Positions 22,960 to 36,366 of a stretch of DNA of 64,000 nt are shown here, piece by piece. The translations under genes were made by a program, and so were the position numbers. This DNA is from Mustelus asterias (taxonomy: Eukaryota). The number at the start of each line of letters is the position of its first letter. Within the stretch, counting starts at the first letter, position 1. Where the stretch lies: positions 57,474,001-57,538,000 of the forward strand of contig NC_135802.1 of NCBI RefSeq assembly GCF_964213995.1, written 5' to 3'. The notes beneath the pieces were generated by a model. It did no database searches and was not told the origin of the DNA. It was given only the letters and a program-made list of their open reading frames with translations.

Positions 22960-24250
22960 GTTATTCTTTTATGGGATACATATCTCTGGGAAGGCCAGCA
23001 TCTGTGGCCCACCCCTAATTGCCACTGGACGGGGATGTTGTTCTGCCTTCTTAGATTGTTTTAGTCCACATGGTGTATGTAGGTACATTTACAGTGCTGT
23101 TCGGGAGGGAGCTCCAATGATGGTGAAGGAAGTGATGTAATTCAAAACCAGACTTTGCAGCTTGGGGGAAAGTTGCAGGTTGGTGTGCCTATGCATCTTA
23201 GGCTTCGAGGTGACAAAAGGTGTGGATTTGGAAAGTGCTGTTGAAAGAGCTTTGGTAAGTTGATGCAGTGCATCTTGTAGATGGTACATACTGTTGCCAG
23301 TTTGTCAGTGATGGAGGGAGTGAATGTTTGTGAAAGGATTGCCAATCAACCAGGTTGCTTTGTCCTTGATGGTGTCAAATTTCTTGTGTTGTTGGAGTTA
23401 CAAAGTGGAGAGTATTACATGACATCCCCGATTGTTTTGCAGATGGAGGAGAGGTGGCAAATTACTGGCCACAAAATTCCCGTCGACTCACCTGTTCTTG
23501 TAGCCACAGTATTTAAATGGAATTTAACAGTGAGGGATTTAGTAATGGTAAAGTCGCAAGTAATATTCATGCCAGAAGCCTGAATGTTGCCTAAATGCAG
23601 CAAGATCTGGACAGACTGCTTTGGTATCTAAGGAGTCATAAATGGTACTGAACATTGCAAAGAGCGAACATTCCCATATCAGACCTTATAATGGAGGAAA
23701 GGTCATTGATGAAGCAGCTTGTAGATGTTTGGGCTTCAAAAGAACTCCAACAATGTCCTCAGGCGGAGATGATTGGTTTCCAACAACCAGAACCATCTTC
23801 CTTTATGCCAGGTACGACTCAAACCAATGGAGTTTTTCCCCAATTAACATTAACTTCAATTTTGCTATGGCTCCTTGATGCTACCTTCCTTTCGATGCTA
23901 TCTTGACATCTGGGACAGGCACTCGCTAACCTCACCTCCTGAATTCAGCTTTGTTCCGAACGAAGTTGCAACGTCAGGACAGAGTAGCCCTAGTGGAACA
24001 CAGACTGACCATGTCTCATAAGTACTGTTTGATAACACTGTCAACAATACCTTAGTTCTGTATCAAGTCTTTAATAATACTACCAGGCTATTGTCAGAGT
24101 TCAAAGCCTTTACAGTGTCCATCTTCAGCTGTTACTTAATATCACATTTAGTGAATCAAATTGGCTGACAACTGGTACCTGTGATGTTGGGGGCCTCAGG
24201 AAGGCAAGGTGGATAATTCACTTTGCACTTCCGGATAAACATGATGCACA
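22960..24250 (-). mobile_element. Old family-B LINE relic
   Basis: Degenerate copy of the tail at 4140; TVCTIYKMHC.NLP..QQHFPNP remnant. Confidence 0.6.
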
Positions 24251-24589
24251 GCATGGTGTGCTCGATCCCCCCATATGGAACAGGAGTGATATGGTGCATA
24301 GGTCAACACAAATAAATAATTTCACCAGAATGAATTTTAAAAATGGAGACGTTCCTCAGAATCCAAGAAATGAATATGATTCCCTTTGAAAGTTCATTTT
24401 CTTCAAACCATTTAAAAGTATTTAAATATCCTTTATCAAAGGAATCTCAAAGTTCCATCAGAAATTGGATAGTGTACTGAACTTTAGCTTTCAGGTCATA
24501 TGATATTTGAAAATAAGTCATGGATGGATGCTTGACAGATTTAATATATTCCTAACATTCCAGTTCAGAAATTTCTCAATGATTTAACA

Positions 24590-25841
24590 CCAACATTTTG
24601 AATATATTTATTTACATGTATATTTTAACAAAATGATTAGAGACGTCCAATTTCTAACAGGTGAATAAATACAAAAACCTTTAAATGTTAATTTTAGTTG
24701 AAACACTGCATTCACATGGATTGAGTCAAAGGAGGAAGAGTTTACATCAGATTATGACTACTACCTTGATAATTGTATATTTAAAAATTCAATCATTAGC
24801 TTGCCCATTGTTAGATGCAAAGCCATTACCCTTGCTCCTTTTGCTAGATGCTTCATAATGCAACTGCAATTTTTTTTTTTAAACCTGTTGTGCTACTGGT
24901 TTATTAGATAATTCACCTTTTAGAAGATATGCCCACAGTACTGCAAACTAACTACAAAAATTGTGCATTACAATGGAAAAAGAAAACATTCTGTAACAAA
25001 AAACACATTTGGGAACTTGAAAAAAATTACTGAAGGAATACATGGTCATTACTTACAGTACATACATTTGTAGAGTGCTCTGTCATATTTATATCATAAT
25101 TATAAAGTTTCATAACCCTTCTAGAGCAAATCATCTGATCTACTTCAATTAGTTCTGTATTTTAATGATTTTTTTCAATATGGCATTCCTACCAGAGCAG
25201 TCTGATAAGTTTATGTAAATGCAGACCAAGTCGTAATACCCTATTTACAAGAAGTGGATCTCAGTAAATCGCAAAGTAATGATATTGAGGGAATATACAC
25301 GAGAAAATATTAGTGCAAGGAGTGGTACAGCTTTTACACAACAACCTGCCAAAATAGAGTTCAATTCCATTATAATTCTTTCTGCAGGTCAGATTGCTGA
25401 ATGGAACTTTAACATTTTAAAGTTATTTCCAATAAATAATTAGATTATATTGGTTTTAATAATATACTGTACATCCAATATAAACATTTAAGAAGCATTA
25501 ACCAAATGGTCACCTCTTAGTTAATTGGATACAGTCAATAGTACAAATTTCAATTGAACCAATTTAAGCAGGTTTTAAGGTTTCATTAATTTTTCATTAG
25601 TTCATCCCTACAGAAGGCAAAATTTATGCTTGTATTGAGCGATGCATGCATCTACCAACTGAAGAGAAGAACACTTTACATTTTAAAAGTTCTTAAGACA
25701 TAAATCTTGTATTAGAAATGTAACTATATGCTTTTGTTCTAAATTTTGAAATTGTTGAGGGTCATCTGTTAACACCAGATTTTCCATTACAAAGCAGTAG
25801 TGAGGTGGATACTTGGAAATGGAATTGCATTAGAAACAGGC
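24590..25841 (-). promoter_or_regulatory. RAB5A: RAB5A 3'UTR with candidate poly(A) signals (AATAAA 24607-24612 and 24900-24905; ATTAAA 25161-25166)
   Basis: Repeat-free AT-rich block after the stop codon; contains miRNA seed matches and Pumilio elements. Confidence 0.65.
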
Positions 25842-25957
25842 CTAGTTACTACAACACTGGCTCTTCGTCTGTTGGGTGGGTTCATGAAGATCTACTCCTC
25901 TGCTTCTTCCACTGTTTGGTCCTGTATTCTGAGGCTCATTCTTGGGCAATTTCTTTG
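25842..25957 (-). CDS. RAB5A: RAB5 last coding exon, (A)[37 protein letters not shown]
   Basis: Acceptor ccttgcag; TAG at 25842-25844; CCSN prenylation motif. Confidence 0.93.
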
Positions 25958-26164
25958 CTGCAAGGACGAGATTACAAGTCTGACAGTTCATTTCCTGGGC
26001 CATACCAATCTAAGTGTGTTTCAGTTTTTCTGCTCAAAAGAACCTTTTGCATTTGCATCACTTTCCTACTCAGTCAGAAATACTGTATTTCAAATCTCTA
26101 CAGATGGTCCTAACTCATACTCTGGCACTATAACTTTTGGAAACTTATAACAGCCTGTCATCTT

Positions 26165-27430
26165 AATTCCCTCGCTGACCTCTGTCCTTGGCTTGCTACA
26201 CTATTCCAATGAAGATCGACGCAAGTTTGAGAAACAGCATCTCATTTTTTAATTAGACACTTTAGTTTTCCAGGCTCACATTCAACAATGTCAGATTATA
26301 ATTTCTATCCCCTTTTATTTTTGGATGACACCTTATGTTTCTTGTCCCATTACCATCTCCTATGCCTTCCACCATTATCTCTCATTTAAATCTCCCCTGC
26401 CTTCCATCCTAACAGTCTTAAAACACATTACATCTTCAATTTTCTCTAGTTCTGATGAAAGGTCAGAACTGGGAGTTGGCATGAAACTGCAGGAGACTGT
26501 CAGGAGCTGAGGAGCACCTATAAATAAAGCCCAGGGATTGCAGTGTGACCTACCTTGCTGGGAGTTGGAGTTGAGTAGATGGGTGCACTATTTCACCTGC
26601 AGGGAGGCAGCAGTGAAACAAAAGTGCAGTGGTGACTTCACAGGCAGATTGGCCGGAAAGTGCTCAGTTCAAGGGACAGTGTGTCGAAAAGCAGCTTAGG
26701 ACACAGGAGTTAAGGTAGATCTATAAATAAGAACTAAGTCCTTAAAATAAGTAAAATTTTAAAATAAAAAAATATATATCTGAAACACATACCCGTGTGG
26801 TTACGAAGCATACAGCTTTTAGTCAGTGGTACTAGCATTCAATAAGCACAGTACTCCAAGTTAATTAAAGTTATCAAATTAAGTTACAGTCAGAAGTTTA
26901 CAGCACGGAAACAGGCCTTTGGGTCCAACCTATCCAAGTTAACTAAATAACAAGTTAGAATGGCAAGGCAAGTGAGATGTTGCAACTGTGGAATGAATGT
27001 GTTTTGGGCACCAAAGCAATCCAGCACTAGGTGGACATGGAAAGGATGTTTCCTCTTGTGGGGAACACAGGTCATCCTTTCAGGACAGATGAGAATTTTT
27101 TTTTGTCAGGGTTGTGCGAAGTCAGGACTCTGCCTTAGAAGTCAGTGGAAGCAGGGTCATTGAATATTTTTAATGCAGCAGTAGATTGATTTCCTTGCCT
27201 AACAAAAATCCACCGTTATTGGGGGTAGATGGGAATGTAGAACTCAAACACAAACAGATCAGCTATGATCTTGTTGAATGGCAGAGCTGGCTCGAGGGGT
27301 TGAATGGCCTATTTCTACTCCTATTTCATATGTTTGTTATGTCAACTTCAAAACATTAACTGTGTTTCTCTCCACAGATGCTGACTGGCCTTGCCGAGTA
27401 TGTGCAGCATTTTCTGTTTTTTATTTTATA
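26165..27430 (+). mobile_element. Penelope family-B 3' relic split by an internally deleted CR1 (about 26470-27340)
   Basis: RRKFEKQHLIF remnant; CTGATGA at 26452; PLE tail CTCCACAGATGCTG resumes near 27345. Confidence 0.6.
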
Positions 27431-27719
27431 TTTAACTTTCCTTTTCAACAGCCCCTCGCAAGAGAAAGGGGGAAAGAGAGAAAATGAACGAAGTGAAATA
27501 GGCAAAACAAATAAAATTAAGTTGCTTGTTGAAACATTAAATAGTTTCAGGTGAAAAATAGGTTAGAATGTGTAAATGCTTAGCTTAAGGAATTAATTGT
27601 TCCTCCCAAGTTTCTACAAACTGAAACAATGAGTTTAACAACTTCAGATCTTGATTCTCTTAGGCAGCAGGCATTGGTAACCAGAGCCATTGGAAGAAAA
27701 GGAGATGTGGGTTATTCAC

Positions 27720-28128
27720 TGGTTTTAGAAGAGTGAGGAGGGATCTCACAGAAACTTATAATATTCTAACAGGGTTAGACAGGGTAGATTCAAAGAATGT
27801 TCCCAATGGTGGGGGAGTCCAGAACTAGGGGCTAGAGTTTGAGGATGAGGGGTAAACCTTTTAGAATTGAGGCAAGGAGAAATTTCTTCACCCAGAGGGT
27901 GGTGAACGCGTGGAATTCACTATCACCATATGTAGTTGAAGCTAAAACGTTGTCTGATTTCAAGAAGAAATTAGATATAGCTCTTGGGGCTAAAGGGATC
28001 AAGGAATATGTGGGGGGGGGGGGGGGTGAAATCAGGATACTGAATTTGATGATCAGCCATGATCAAGATGAAAGGCGGAGCAGGCTCGAAGGGCTGAATG
28101 ACCTACTCCTGCTTCTAGTTTCTATGTT
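27720..28128 (+). mobile_element. CR1 LINE 3' fragment
   Basis: RMRGKPFRIEARRNFFTQRVVNAWNSL. Confidence 0.88.
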
Positions 28129-28784
28129 AGTACTTTATGGGGATCACCTATTGATGCACGATTGACAGGGTCTTTCACATCCCTTGGGTCTACCTGCTTT
28201 TCTTCCACCACATTCCTTGGTCATGGAGATTTACTTGGAAGGTTTTCCATACTTCCCTTTGTTGCTATCCTGTTGTAAACATTTTCACCTCCTCTGGAAA
28301 AATCTTGTGTTTCTATACTTATTGCCTGGCTTCTTATCCCTTGTTACTTTGTTTATTTTTGCTCTCAACCTTATTAAAATAGATTTCCCTCTTGCTCTTT
28401 GCCTGCATCTATACCTTCGCTCTGCACTTATTAAAACCTTTCCATCTCCAAACATCTTCCAGTTCAGAAGTCGTCATTGACGAGAAGCATTAACCCTGTG
28501 CATCTCTTTACAGGCCCACTGCAATTTCCAGTGTTTCATTTTTATTTAGCATTTAAGTGTCTGCACATTTGGTTTAATGGTTACACTCATTTAGAGAGAA
28601 GTTACATAAATAAGTTAAAGTAATCAAATTACATGGTTTGTACATTCCTGAAGCATCTCACTGTCCAAAAACTTACATAAGCAGCTTTTATTTGAATACT
28701 TTATATGCAGATTCAATTTTTAATGAAATTTTATTGCAGCAAGCTGCAATTTATAGACATTCATTTCGATGTAATCAAGCTTAC

Positions 28785-28878
28785 CTATTGCCAAAAATAT
28801 TTCATTCACATTCATTGAAGTTTTTGCAGATGTCTCCATGAATAATAAGCTGTTGTCATCTGCATAGGACTGTGCTTC
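28785..28878 (-). CDS. RAB5A: RAB5 coding exon 4 (94 nt), [31 protein letters not shown]
   Basis: AG/GT flanks; ETSAK G5 motif. Confidence 0.95.
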
Positions 28879-30287
28879 CTATAAAACAGATCAATTAGTT
28901 AAAAAGCATTTTGTTTGGAGGCTGTCTGCAGAATTACAGCAACTATCTCACCCTTTTCAAAAAGGCACAATTGGAATACATCCAGTTTTTCTACCACAGA
29001 ACAAATATTTCTTTGTGTAGCATGGTCTGCAGTAAACACTTGAGAATGCCATTCTTGTGGACATTAGGGATATATAAATTCTGCAATGTTTAAAAGAAAT
29101 TCAATACTCAAGCAGTAGAACATTTATGCAAATTATATATAAAACTACTCTATTAATCAATGTTTTGATTTAAAGTTTCTTAGGTCAGTGTTTCCATTAT
29201 TTATTTTAACTCTCACCCTCCTTCCCTACAAAGCAGCAACTCATTTTGAGGTGAAGTGCTGTCAATGCACACTTGGACAATGAAATGACAGCATTCGCAT
29301 TTACCAAGAAGAAAAACTGTTCAACAGGGCAAAGTCAACCCAGTCAATTGGCCTCATTAGCTTATTCCCAATGATAACCAAATTGTTAGAAGGAATTGAC
29401 AGCAGTGCTATTAAGTGGCACTTACCAATAACCTGATCTTTGATATTTAATTTGATTTTGGCAAAGGCCACACAGCTCCAAACCAACTTCCTTGGTCCAA
29501 ACATGAAAACAAAAGTTGCATTCCAGAGATGGGGCAAGTGACTGATAGACACTGTGGCAGATTTCGACTGGAGTGTGGCACCAAGTTATAGTGAAATTAA
29601 TGAGAATTAGGGGGTGAAACGCCACAGGTGATTGAAGTCAAGACAGCTATGGTTGTTGAAGGCCAATCATCTCAAATATCTGATCACTTTTAGGGGTCAG
29701 AGGACTTTCCCAGAATTATTTTTCCAAGGAGATTACTTGGCTGCTAATAAGACAGGGAGCATTGGGCAGCTTGTTGCCCAGTTACAAGATGTCTCATTAG
29801 GACAGAAACCCCCCCCCCAGCTGATTTCTGTATTTTTCATACATTTGAAATAAAGCTGCTTTATAATTTATCATCATGCCTCACATCACCAAATGTTTAC
29901 TTGGCTTGCCTTCAGGGAGATAAAGTAGTACATGAGAAGATAAATATCTGGTTCACGTCACAAGTCACTACTGAGCAGAGAGAATCAACTTCCAACAACG
30001 TAAAAAGATCAGATTGCTTACAGGAGCAACTGTGGCAATTGAACCAGAGAAGGACCAATGGCAAGCCCAAACCTGTAATAAGTACTATGGAGAAGAATGT
30101 GTTTTTTGAAGAGACTGTTAACAACTACTGGTTTAGAATTCAAGTGACCAATTAAATCAGAAGTTGTTAGTCACAAGTGTGAAAGATGTACTTTACAAAA
30201 CATTTGCTGCACACATTCAAAGCCAACTCAAACTGTTTTGAAAATATTTTTACTGCACACAGCAACAATTGCTCATCTTTTACAAAC

Positions 30288-30410
30288 CTGGAACTCTATC
30301 GCTCTCTTGTTCGCAAGATCAGCCTTGTTCCCCGCTAAAGCTATTACAATGTTAGGACTTGCTTGCCTCTGAAGCTCCTTAACCCAATTCTTGGCCCGTA
30401 CAAAAGTATC
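30288..30410 (-). CDS. RAB5A: RAB5 coding exon 3 (123 nt), [41 protein letters not shown]
   Basis: AG/GT flanks; NKAD G4 motif. Confidence 0.95.
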
Positions 30411-30524
30411 CTGCAAAGAAATGGATGAAGGAAATAGTGAACATAAGAATTTTTACAAATCTGCCAAACAATGGACAGACAGCTTTCAAGCACCTGTCCT
30501 GAGGACCAATGTTCTGCAAAGCAT

Positions 30525-31760
30525 GAAGACCATAAGACATAGGAGCGGAAGTAAGGCCATTCGGCCCATCGAGTCCACTCCACCGTTCAATCATGGTTGA
30601 TTTCAACTCCATTTACCCGCTCTCTCCCCATAGCCCTTAATTCCTCGAGAAATCAAGAATTTATCAATTTCTGTCTTGAAGACGCTCAACGTCTCGGCCT
30701 CCACAGCCCTCTGTGGCAATGAATTCCACAGACCTACCACTCTCTGGCTGAAGAAATTTCTCCTCATCTCTGTTCTAAAGTGACTCCCTTTTATTCTAAG
30801 GCTGTGCCCCCGCATCCTAGTCTCCCCTGCTAATGGAAACAACTTCCCTACGTCCATCCTATCTAAGCCGTTCATTATCTTGTAAGTCTCTATCAGATCT
30901 CCCCTCAACCTCCTAAACTCCAATGAATATAATCCCACGATCCTCAGACGTTCATCGTATGTCAGGCCTACCATTCCTGGGATCATCCGTGTGAATCTCC
31001 GCTGGACCCGCTCCAGTGCCAGTATGTCCTTCCTGAGGTGTGGGGCCCAAAATTGCTCACAGTACTCCAAATGGGGCCTAACCAGTGCTTTATAAAGCCT
31101 CAGAAGTACATCCCTGCTTTTGTATTCCAAGCCTCTTGAGATAAATGACAACATTACATTTGCTTTCTTAATTACGGACTCAACCTGCAAGTTTACCTTT
31201 AGAGAATCCTGGACTAGGACTCCCAAGTCCCTTTGCACTTTAGCATTATGAATTTTGTCACCGTTTAGAAAATAGTCCATGCCTCTATTCTTTTTTCCAA
31301 AGTGCACGACCTCGCACTTGCCCACGTTGAATTTCATCAGCCACTTCTTGGACCACTCTCCTAAACTGTCTAAATCTTTCTGCAGCCTCCCCACCTCCTC
31401 AATACTACCTGCCCCTCCACCTATCTTTGTATCATCGGCAAACTTGGCCAGAATGCCCCCAGTCCCGTCATCTAGATCGTTAATATATAAAGAGAACAGC
31501 TGTGGCCCCAACACTGAACCCTGCGGGACACCACTTGTCACCGGTTGCCATTCTGAGAAAGAACCTTTTATCCCAACTCTCTGCCTTCTGTCTGACAGCC
31601 AATCGTCAATCCATGTTAGTACCTTGCCTCGAATACCATGGGCCCTTATTTTACTCAGCAGTCTCCCGTGAGGCACCTTGTCAAAGGCCTTTTGGAAGTC
31701 AAGATAGATAACATCCATTGGCTCTCCTTGGTCTAACCTATTTGTTATCTCTTCAAAGAA
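30525..31760 (-). mobile_element. Young 5'-truncated CR1 LINE with an uninterrupted ORF2 3' half
   Basis: ORF 30603-31802: DFQKAFDKVPH, GVPQGSVLGP, FADD through to the natural stop. Confidence 0.96.
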
Positions 31761-32669
31761 CATTGTTGGAAAAAAAACTAGACACTGGTTTGGCAAGATC
31801 ATGAGGGTTATTTGAGGCTTGTCATTTTAAGAGTGTGCTGTGCTTTAATTCTGTTCAAAGTTGTACCCCTGCTAAGTAACACATATAACATTATGGCTCA
31901 CAAAGCTCTGAATACCAAATACATTCAGTTCCTGCCAGGTGTGGGGGCTCCATTCCTGCAAATTCTCGAAGTGTGAAATTGCAAACGATGAACCCGCTCA
32001 TGAGCAGAGTTGGCACATGCGCAGTGCTCACTGGCTGTGCAGGAAAGGAGTGTTTAACATTCTAAGTCAGGAATATGTGAAATTTTATGCCACAAACTGT
32101 GATTACGTTTACAATTGCATTCGCGCAGGCAAACAATTTTGTAATAGAGGGGCTAGCAAACAAGGAGTTGTTTGTGCACAGAAATTACAACCTAAAGTTT
32201 TACTGATGACTAAAAACAGTTTAGATCACCTTACAGGTCATCAGATATTATCTTAAAAAATTAATCCTACCACAAAGCTAAAAGACAGGTGAAAGACTAT
32301 TTTTTCAAGGGACCTTTTGTGACTCATTGCTTGCTTATGGATTTTTTTTTTTAACCTAAGAGAAGGATGTAATAGCCAGGTATGTTGATTTTAAAAGAGG
32401 AAATTTGAAAAGGTTTTCAATTTTGGACTATAGCGAAAAAGTTTCTAAATATTGAGACAATCCAGCTGTGAAAGGAGGGAGCTATGACATTCACTGAATT
32501 ATACATTGAGTTAATTTGTGCCAGTTGCTATATTGCGTAACAGTGCATCTTCCTTTTCAGGTAGTTTCAATCCAACGTTTTGAAAATATAAAAGGAAATC
32601 TTAGCTACTGCTCTACTTCAAAAAGAAAATCAAAGAATCTGTTACTTGATTGAGAATTATGTATTTGTA

Positions 32670-33900
32670 CCATAAGGACATATGAACATGAAATAAGAGC
32701 TATTCGACTCCGAGTCTGTCTTGCCTTTCAATAAGATCATGGCTACTCTGTTTGAGTTTTGAATTCCACATTCCCATCTACCCCTAACAACCTTTGATTT
32801 CCTAGCCTAATAAAAATCCACCCACCTCAAAAAATTCAATGACCCTGCCTTCTGAGGCCAAGTTCCGAAATTGCACAACCCTCAGAAAATGTTCTCATCT
32901 TTGTCCAGAGGGCAACCCTTAATTTTAAAACAGTGGCCTCTCGTTCTGGACACACCCAAAAGTGGCACCATTCTTTCCATGTCTATCTCAAGATCGTTCA
33001 GGATCTTATCAATAAAGTCACCCCTCACTCCTCTAAACCCCAGTGGAAACAAACCCAGTCTGTCTATCTTTTCCTCATAAGACAACCCACTTTCTCAATT
33101 TAGTAAATCTCCTTTAAACTGCCTCCAATGTATTTACATCCTTTGTTAAATGAGACCAAAACACGATATTCAAGTTGTGGTCTCACCAATGCCCAGTATA
33201 ACTGAAACACAAGATCCTTATGTTTAATTCCTCTCAAAGAACAGAATTCAATTAGTCTTAATTATTTGCTGTGCCTGCACACTAACACTGACTCATGCAA
33301 GAGAATACCTCGATCCTGCTAAAGCTCGGAATTCTGCAACCATTCTCCGTTCCTGTAGTCATAGAAATCATAGAAACCCCACAGCGCAGAAGGAGGCCAT
33401 TCGGCCCATCGAGTCCGCACCGACCACAATCCCACCCAGGCCCCACCCCCACATATTTTACCCGCTAATCCCTCTAACCTACGCATCCCAGGACTCTAAG
33501 GGGCAATTTTTTTTTTTAACCTGGCCAATCAACCTAACCCGCACATCTTTGGACTGTGGGAGGAAACCGGAGCACCCGAAGGAAACCCACGCAGACACGA
33601 GGAGAATGTGCAAACTCCACACAGACAGTTCCTTTTTAGTTTTCCTGCCAAAGTGAAAAACTTTACATTTTCCCACATTATACTCCACCTGCCAGATTTA
33701 TGCCACTAAAATCAATCTAACTATCAATCTGCAAACTCATGTCCTCTTCTACAAATTTAGCTACCATGCCTTTGCTCCCCACATCTAAATCACTAATACA
33801 ATCTGTAAAAAGTTGAGGCCCCAGCACAGGCCCCTGTGGGGCTCCAATTGACACATCTTGCCAATTTATCCAAAGTGTCTTCTGCCAGTCAATCGTATCA
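32670..33900 (-). mobile_element. Degenerate CR1 fragment containing a truncated HE1 SINE (33358-33628)
   Basis: SRTRGHCFKIKG, GAPQGPVLGPQLF and MEYNVGKCKV remnants either side of the SINE. Confidence 0.8.
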
Positions 33901-34009
33901 ATTTTGGACATAAACACAATGTATTAAATTTATACAGACATACATGGTCAAGGTGCTAACTACAAAAATAAAGTACTGATAGTCACAGCCTGCACCCCAA
34001 ACTTCAGAC

Positions 34010-34098
34010 GGAGGCCATTCGGCCCATCGAGTCCGCACCAACCACAATCCCACCCAGGCCCCACCCCCACATATTTTACCCGCTAATCCCTCTAACCT
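34010..34098 (-). repeat. 89-bp direct copy of SINE segment 33392-33480
   Basis: One mismatch; shares copy-specific bases with the neighbouring SINE. Confidence 0.85.
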
Positions 34099-35139
34099 GG
34101 AAAACTACATCAGATGGTACCCAACTCCAAACTGATTTTTCTTTTAGAAAAAGTGTTCCTTTTGGGAATTAACAGTATCTACAAATCTTTGAAACGCAGT
34201 CAGGCTTCAAATTCAACTTAAACCTTCAGCATTAATGAAGCAATTTGATCCAGTTTGCTTATTCGCTCAGAAAAGAGAAGCTAATATCTCACCTGATATT
34301 TTATAAATGAGGTGAAATCTTAAGATGCAAAATAAAAATGTCTAAAGAAAATTTTGCCCAGATGCAAAGGAAAAACAGAAGATTTGAGGGGAACTGGGCA
34401 GATGTAGTGATTAGAAAATAGGTCAAATGGTACGCAATTACAAAAATCATTATGAAACAAACAACTACAGACGCATCAATTAGATTTTATTCACTGTGTA
34501 AAATAATGGAATCTATTCTCAGGAGTAAGCTTGACTAAGTTGCCTGATTATCTTAAACAGCAGAGATTTAGAAGGGGAAGGTTTTGCCTGCTAAATTCGC
34601 AACTTGTGTTTTAAAAATGTTGACATCCAAAATGAACTATGGAAAGCCCCAAGCCAATATAGTGTACCTAGATTTCCAAAATGAATCCGAAAGTGCAAAT
34701 TAGTATGAAAATCAGAATCCCTATAGTGCAGAAGAGGGCGTTCGGCCAATCAAGTCCGCGCAGACTCTCTGACATGATAGAGCATCTCTCCCACACCTTT
34801 CCCATGGCTAATCCATCTAACATATCTTGGGATACAATGGGCAATAGCCTGCTAATCTTTGGACTGAAAGGAGAGGAGTTCAATGAAAGCAATGAGTACT
34901 TTACTTTCAGATGGTGGGACTGTGTATGGCCCTATATTGGCTCCACCATTGTTTCTAATTTAGTTCAGTTCCAGATTAAGAAACTAAATGCAAATCCATC
35001 AAATATAAAGAGGATACTAAACTAGGTTTTGGCAGTTGATTTGAAGCAGGCTGTCAATTACAGATTTTGCAGAAAATAGGTAAAGTGGAAGAACAATGGC
35101 AAATGAATATAAATGCAACTGTAAAGTACATTAGCATCA

Positions 35140-35690
35140 TTATGATACAGAGAAGCCATTTGGCCCAAGTACCATGCCAACCTCTCAAGAGGGATCCAGT
35201 TAGTGTCATTCCACTTCTCTATCCCTGTAGCACCTCGGTTCCTAAAAGCCCTAAAAGCTTAACTTCTGTAAGATGCCAATCCTACTTCCTTTTGAAATCA
35301 TTAATGATCTCTGCTTCTACCACCCTCATAAGCACCATGACCCAGGTCATTACCCCTCGCTGTGTACAAAGGCTCTTCCTAAAATGCCTCTGCACCCTTG
35401 CTCACAACCTTAAATCTGTGACCTCCAGTCCCTAAATCATCAAAACCTATTATGATCTTGTACACCTCTTATCAAATCGCCTGAATCGCTTTTGCTCCAA
35501 GGAGAACAACCACCGTTTCACAAATCTAACCATTTGGCTAAAACTCTCTGGAAGCATTGTTGTTAATCTCCTTTGCATCCTCTCAAGGATCCTCACATCC
35601 TTCTTGAAGCGCAGTGAACAGAATTGGACACAATTGTGATGGCCTAACCGGAATATTATAAAAATGCAGCATGCCGTCTCTTTGTACTAA
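35140..35690 (-). mobile_element. Old CR1 3' relic
   Basis: Degenerate tail and VQFCSLRFKKDV remnant. Confidence 0.6.
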
Positions 35691-36214
35691 ATCAGTTGCA
35701 AGTCTAATCAGCAGAACAGGCATGATTTTGGGAGAAACCCTCAGTTTCATATAATAGCTATCAAGCTTGTCATACTATATCCTTGCATCTATGTGAAGCA
35801 TTTTTTAAATCAAATTCTCAAAGCACTGAAAATGCCCTACTCAATTTTCAGCTCAAAACATCCTGCTATTCCACACACAGCCTAGCATGCTTGACCTATT
35901 TGTTTAGAGTAGTTTTGCCAATTAAAAATCTCTAGCTTGTTTCTAAACAGTAATGCCAGCAGATAATTCAGCTCAATGTTCTCCCCAGATTTGGTGCTTC
36001 CCACAGCACACAGGATCTTAACATTTTAGTACCATTCAAACAAACAAAGCTGTACTTGATGGTCACAAAACACACTATATGAGGTGCTTTCAATGAAACA
36101 AAGTTTGAATATTCTACATTTACTGGAAATACTATTTTCAGTCAATCTGAATCTCTGAAGTACTCCACCAAAATTAAGAATGCAGCTGTAATGTAGTTGT
36201 ACAACTCCACTTAC

Positions 36215-36366
36215 ATCATTTGTAATGTCGTATACCACTATAGCAGCCTGCGCTCCTCGATAGTACATTGGGGCCAAGCTGTGATATCTTTCTTGTCCTG
36301 CTGTGTCCCATATTTCAAATTTCACAGTTGTGTCATCCAGGCATACAGTCTGAGTTAGGAAAGCAG
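36215..36366 (-). CDS. RAB5A: RAB5 coding exon 2 (152 nt), (A)[50 protein letters not shown]
   Basis: tttcag acceptor, gtaagt donor; WDTAGQE G3 motif. Confidence 0.97.

Noticed and set aside
28012-28026. Poly-G runs (also 37430-37444 and 44707-44722) as G-quadruplexes
   Set aside because: Homopolymers in decayed repeats or intron, error-prone, with no functional context.
33361-33450. Four A-to-G differences in a SINE suggesting ADAR editing before insertion
   Set aside because: Two are better explained as retained ancestral CpGs (other copies show TG or CA at one of them); the remaining two are too few.
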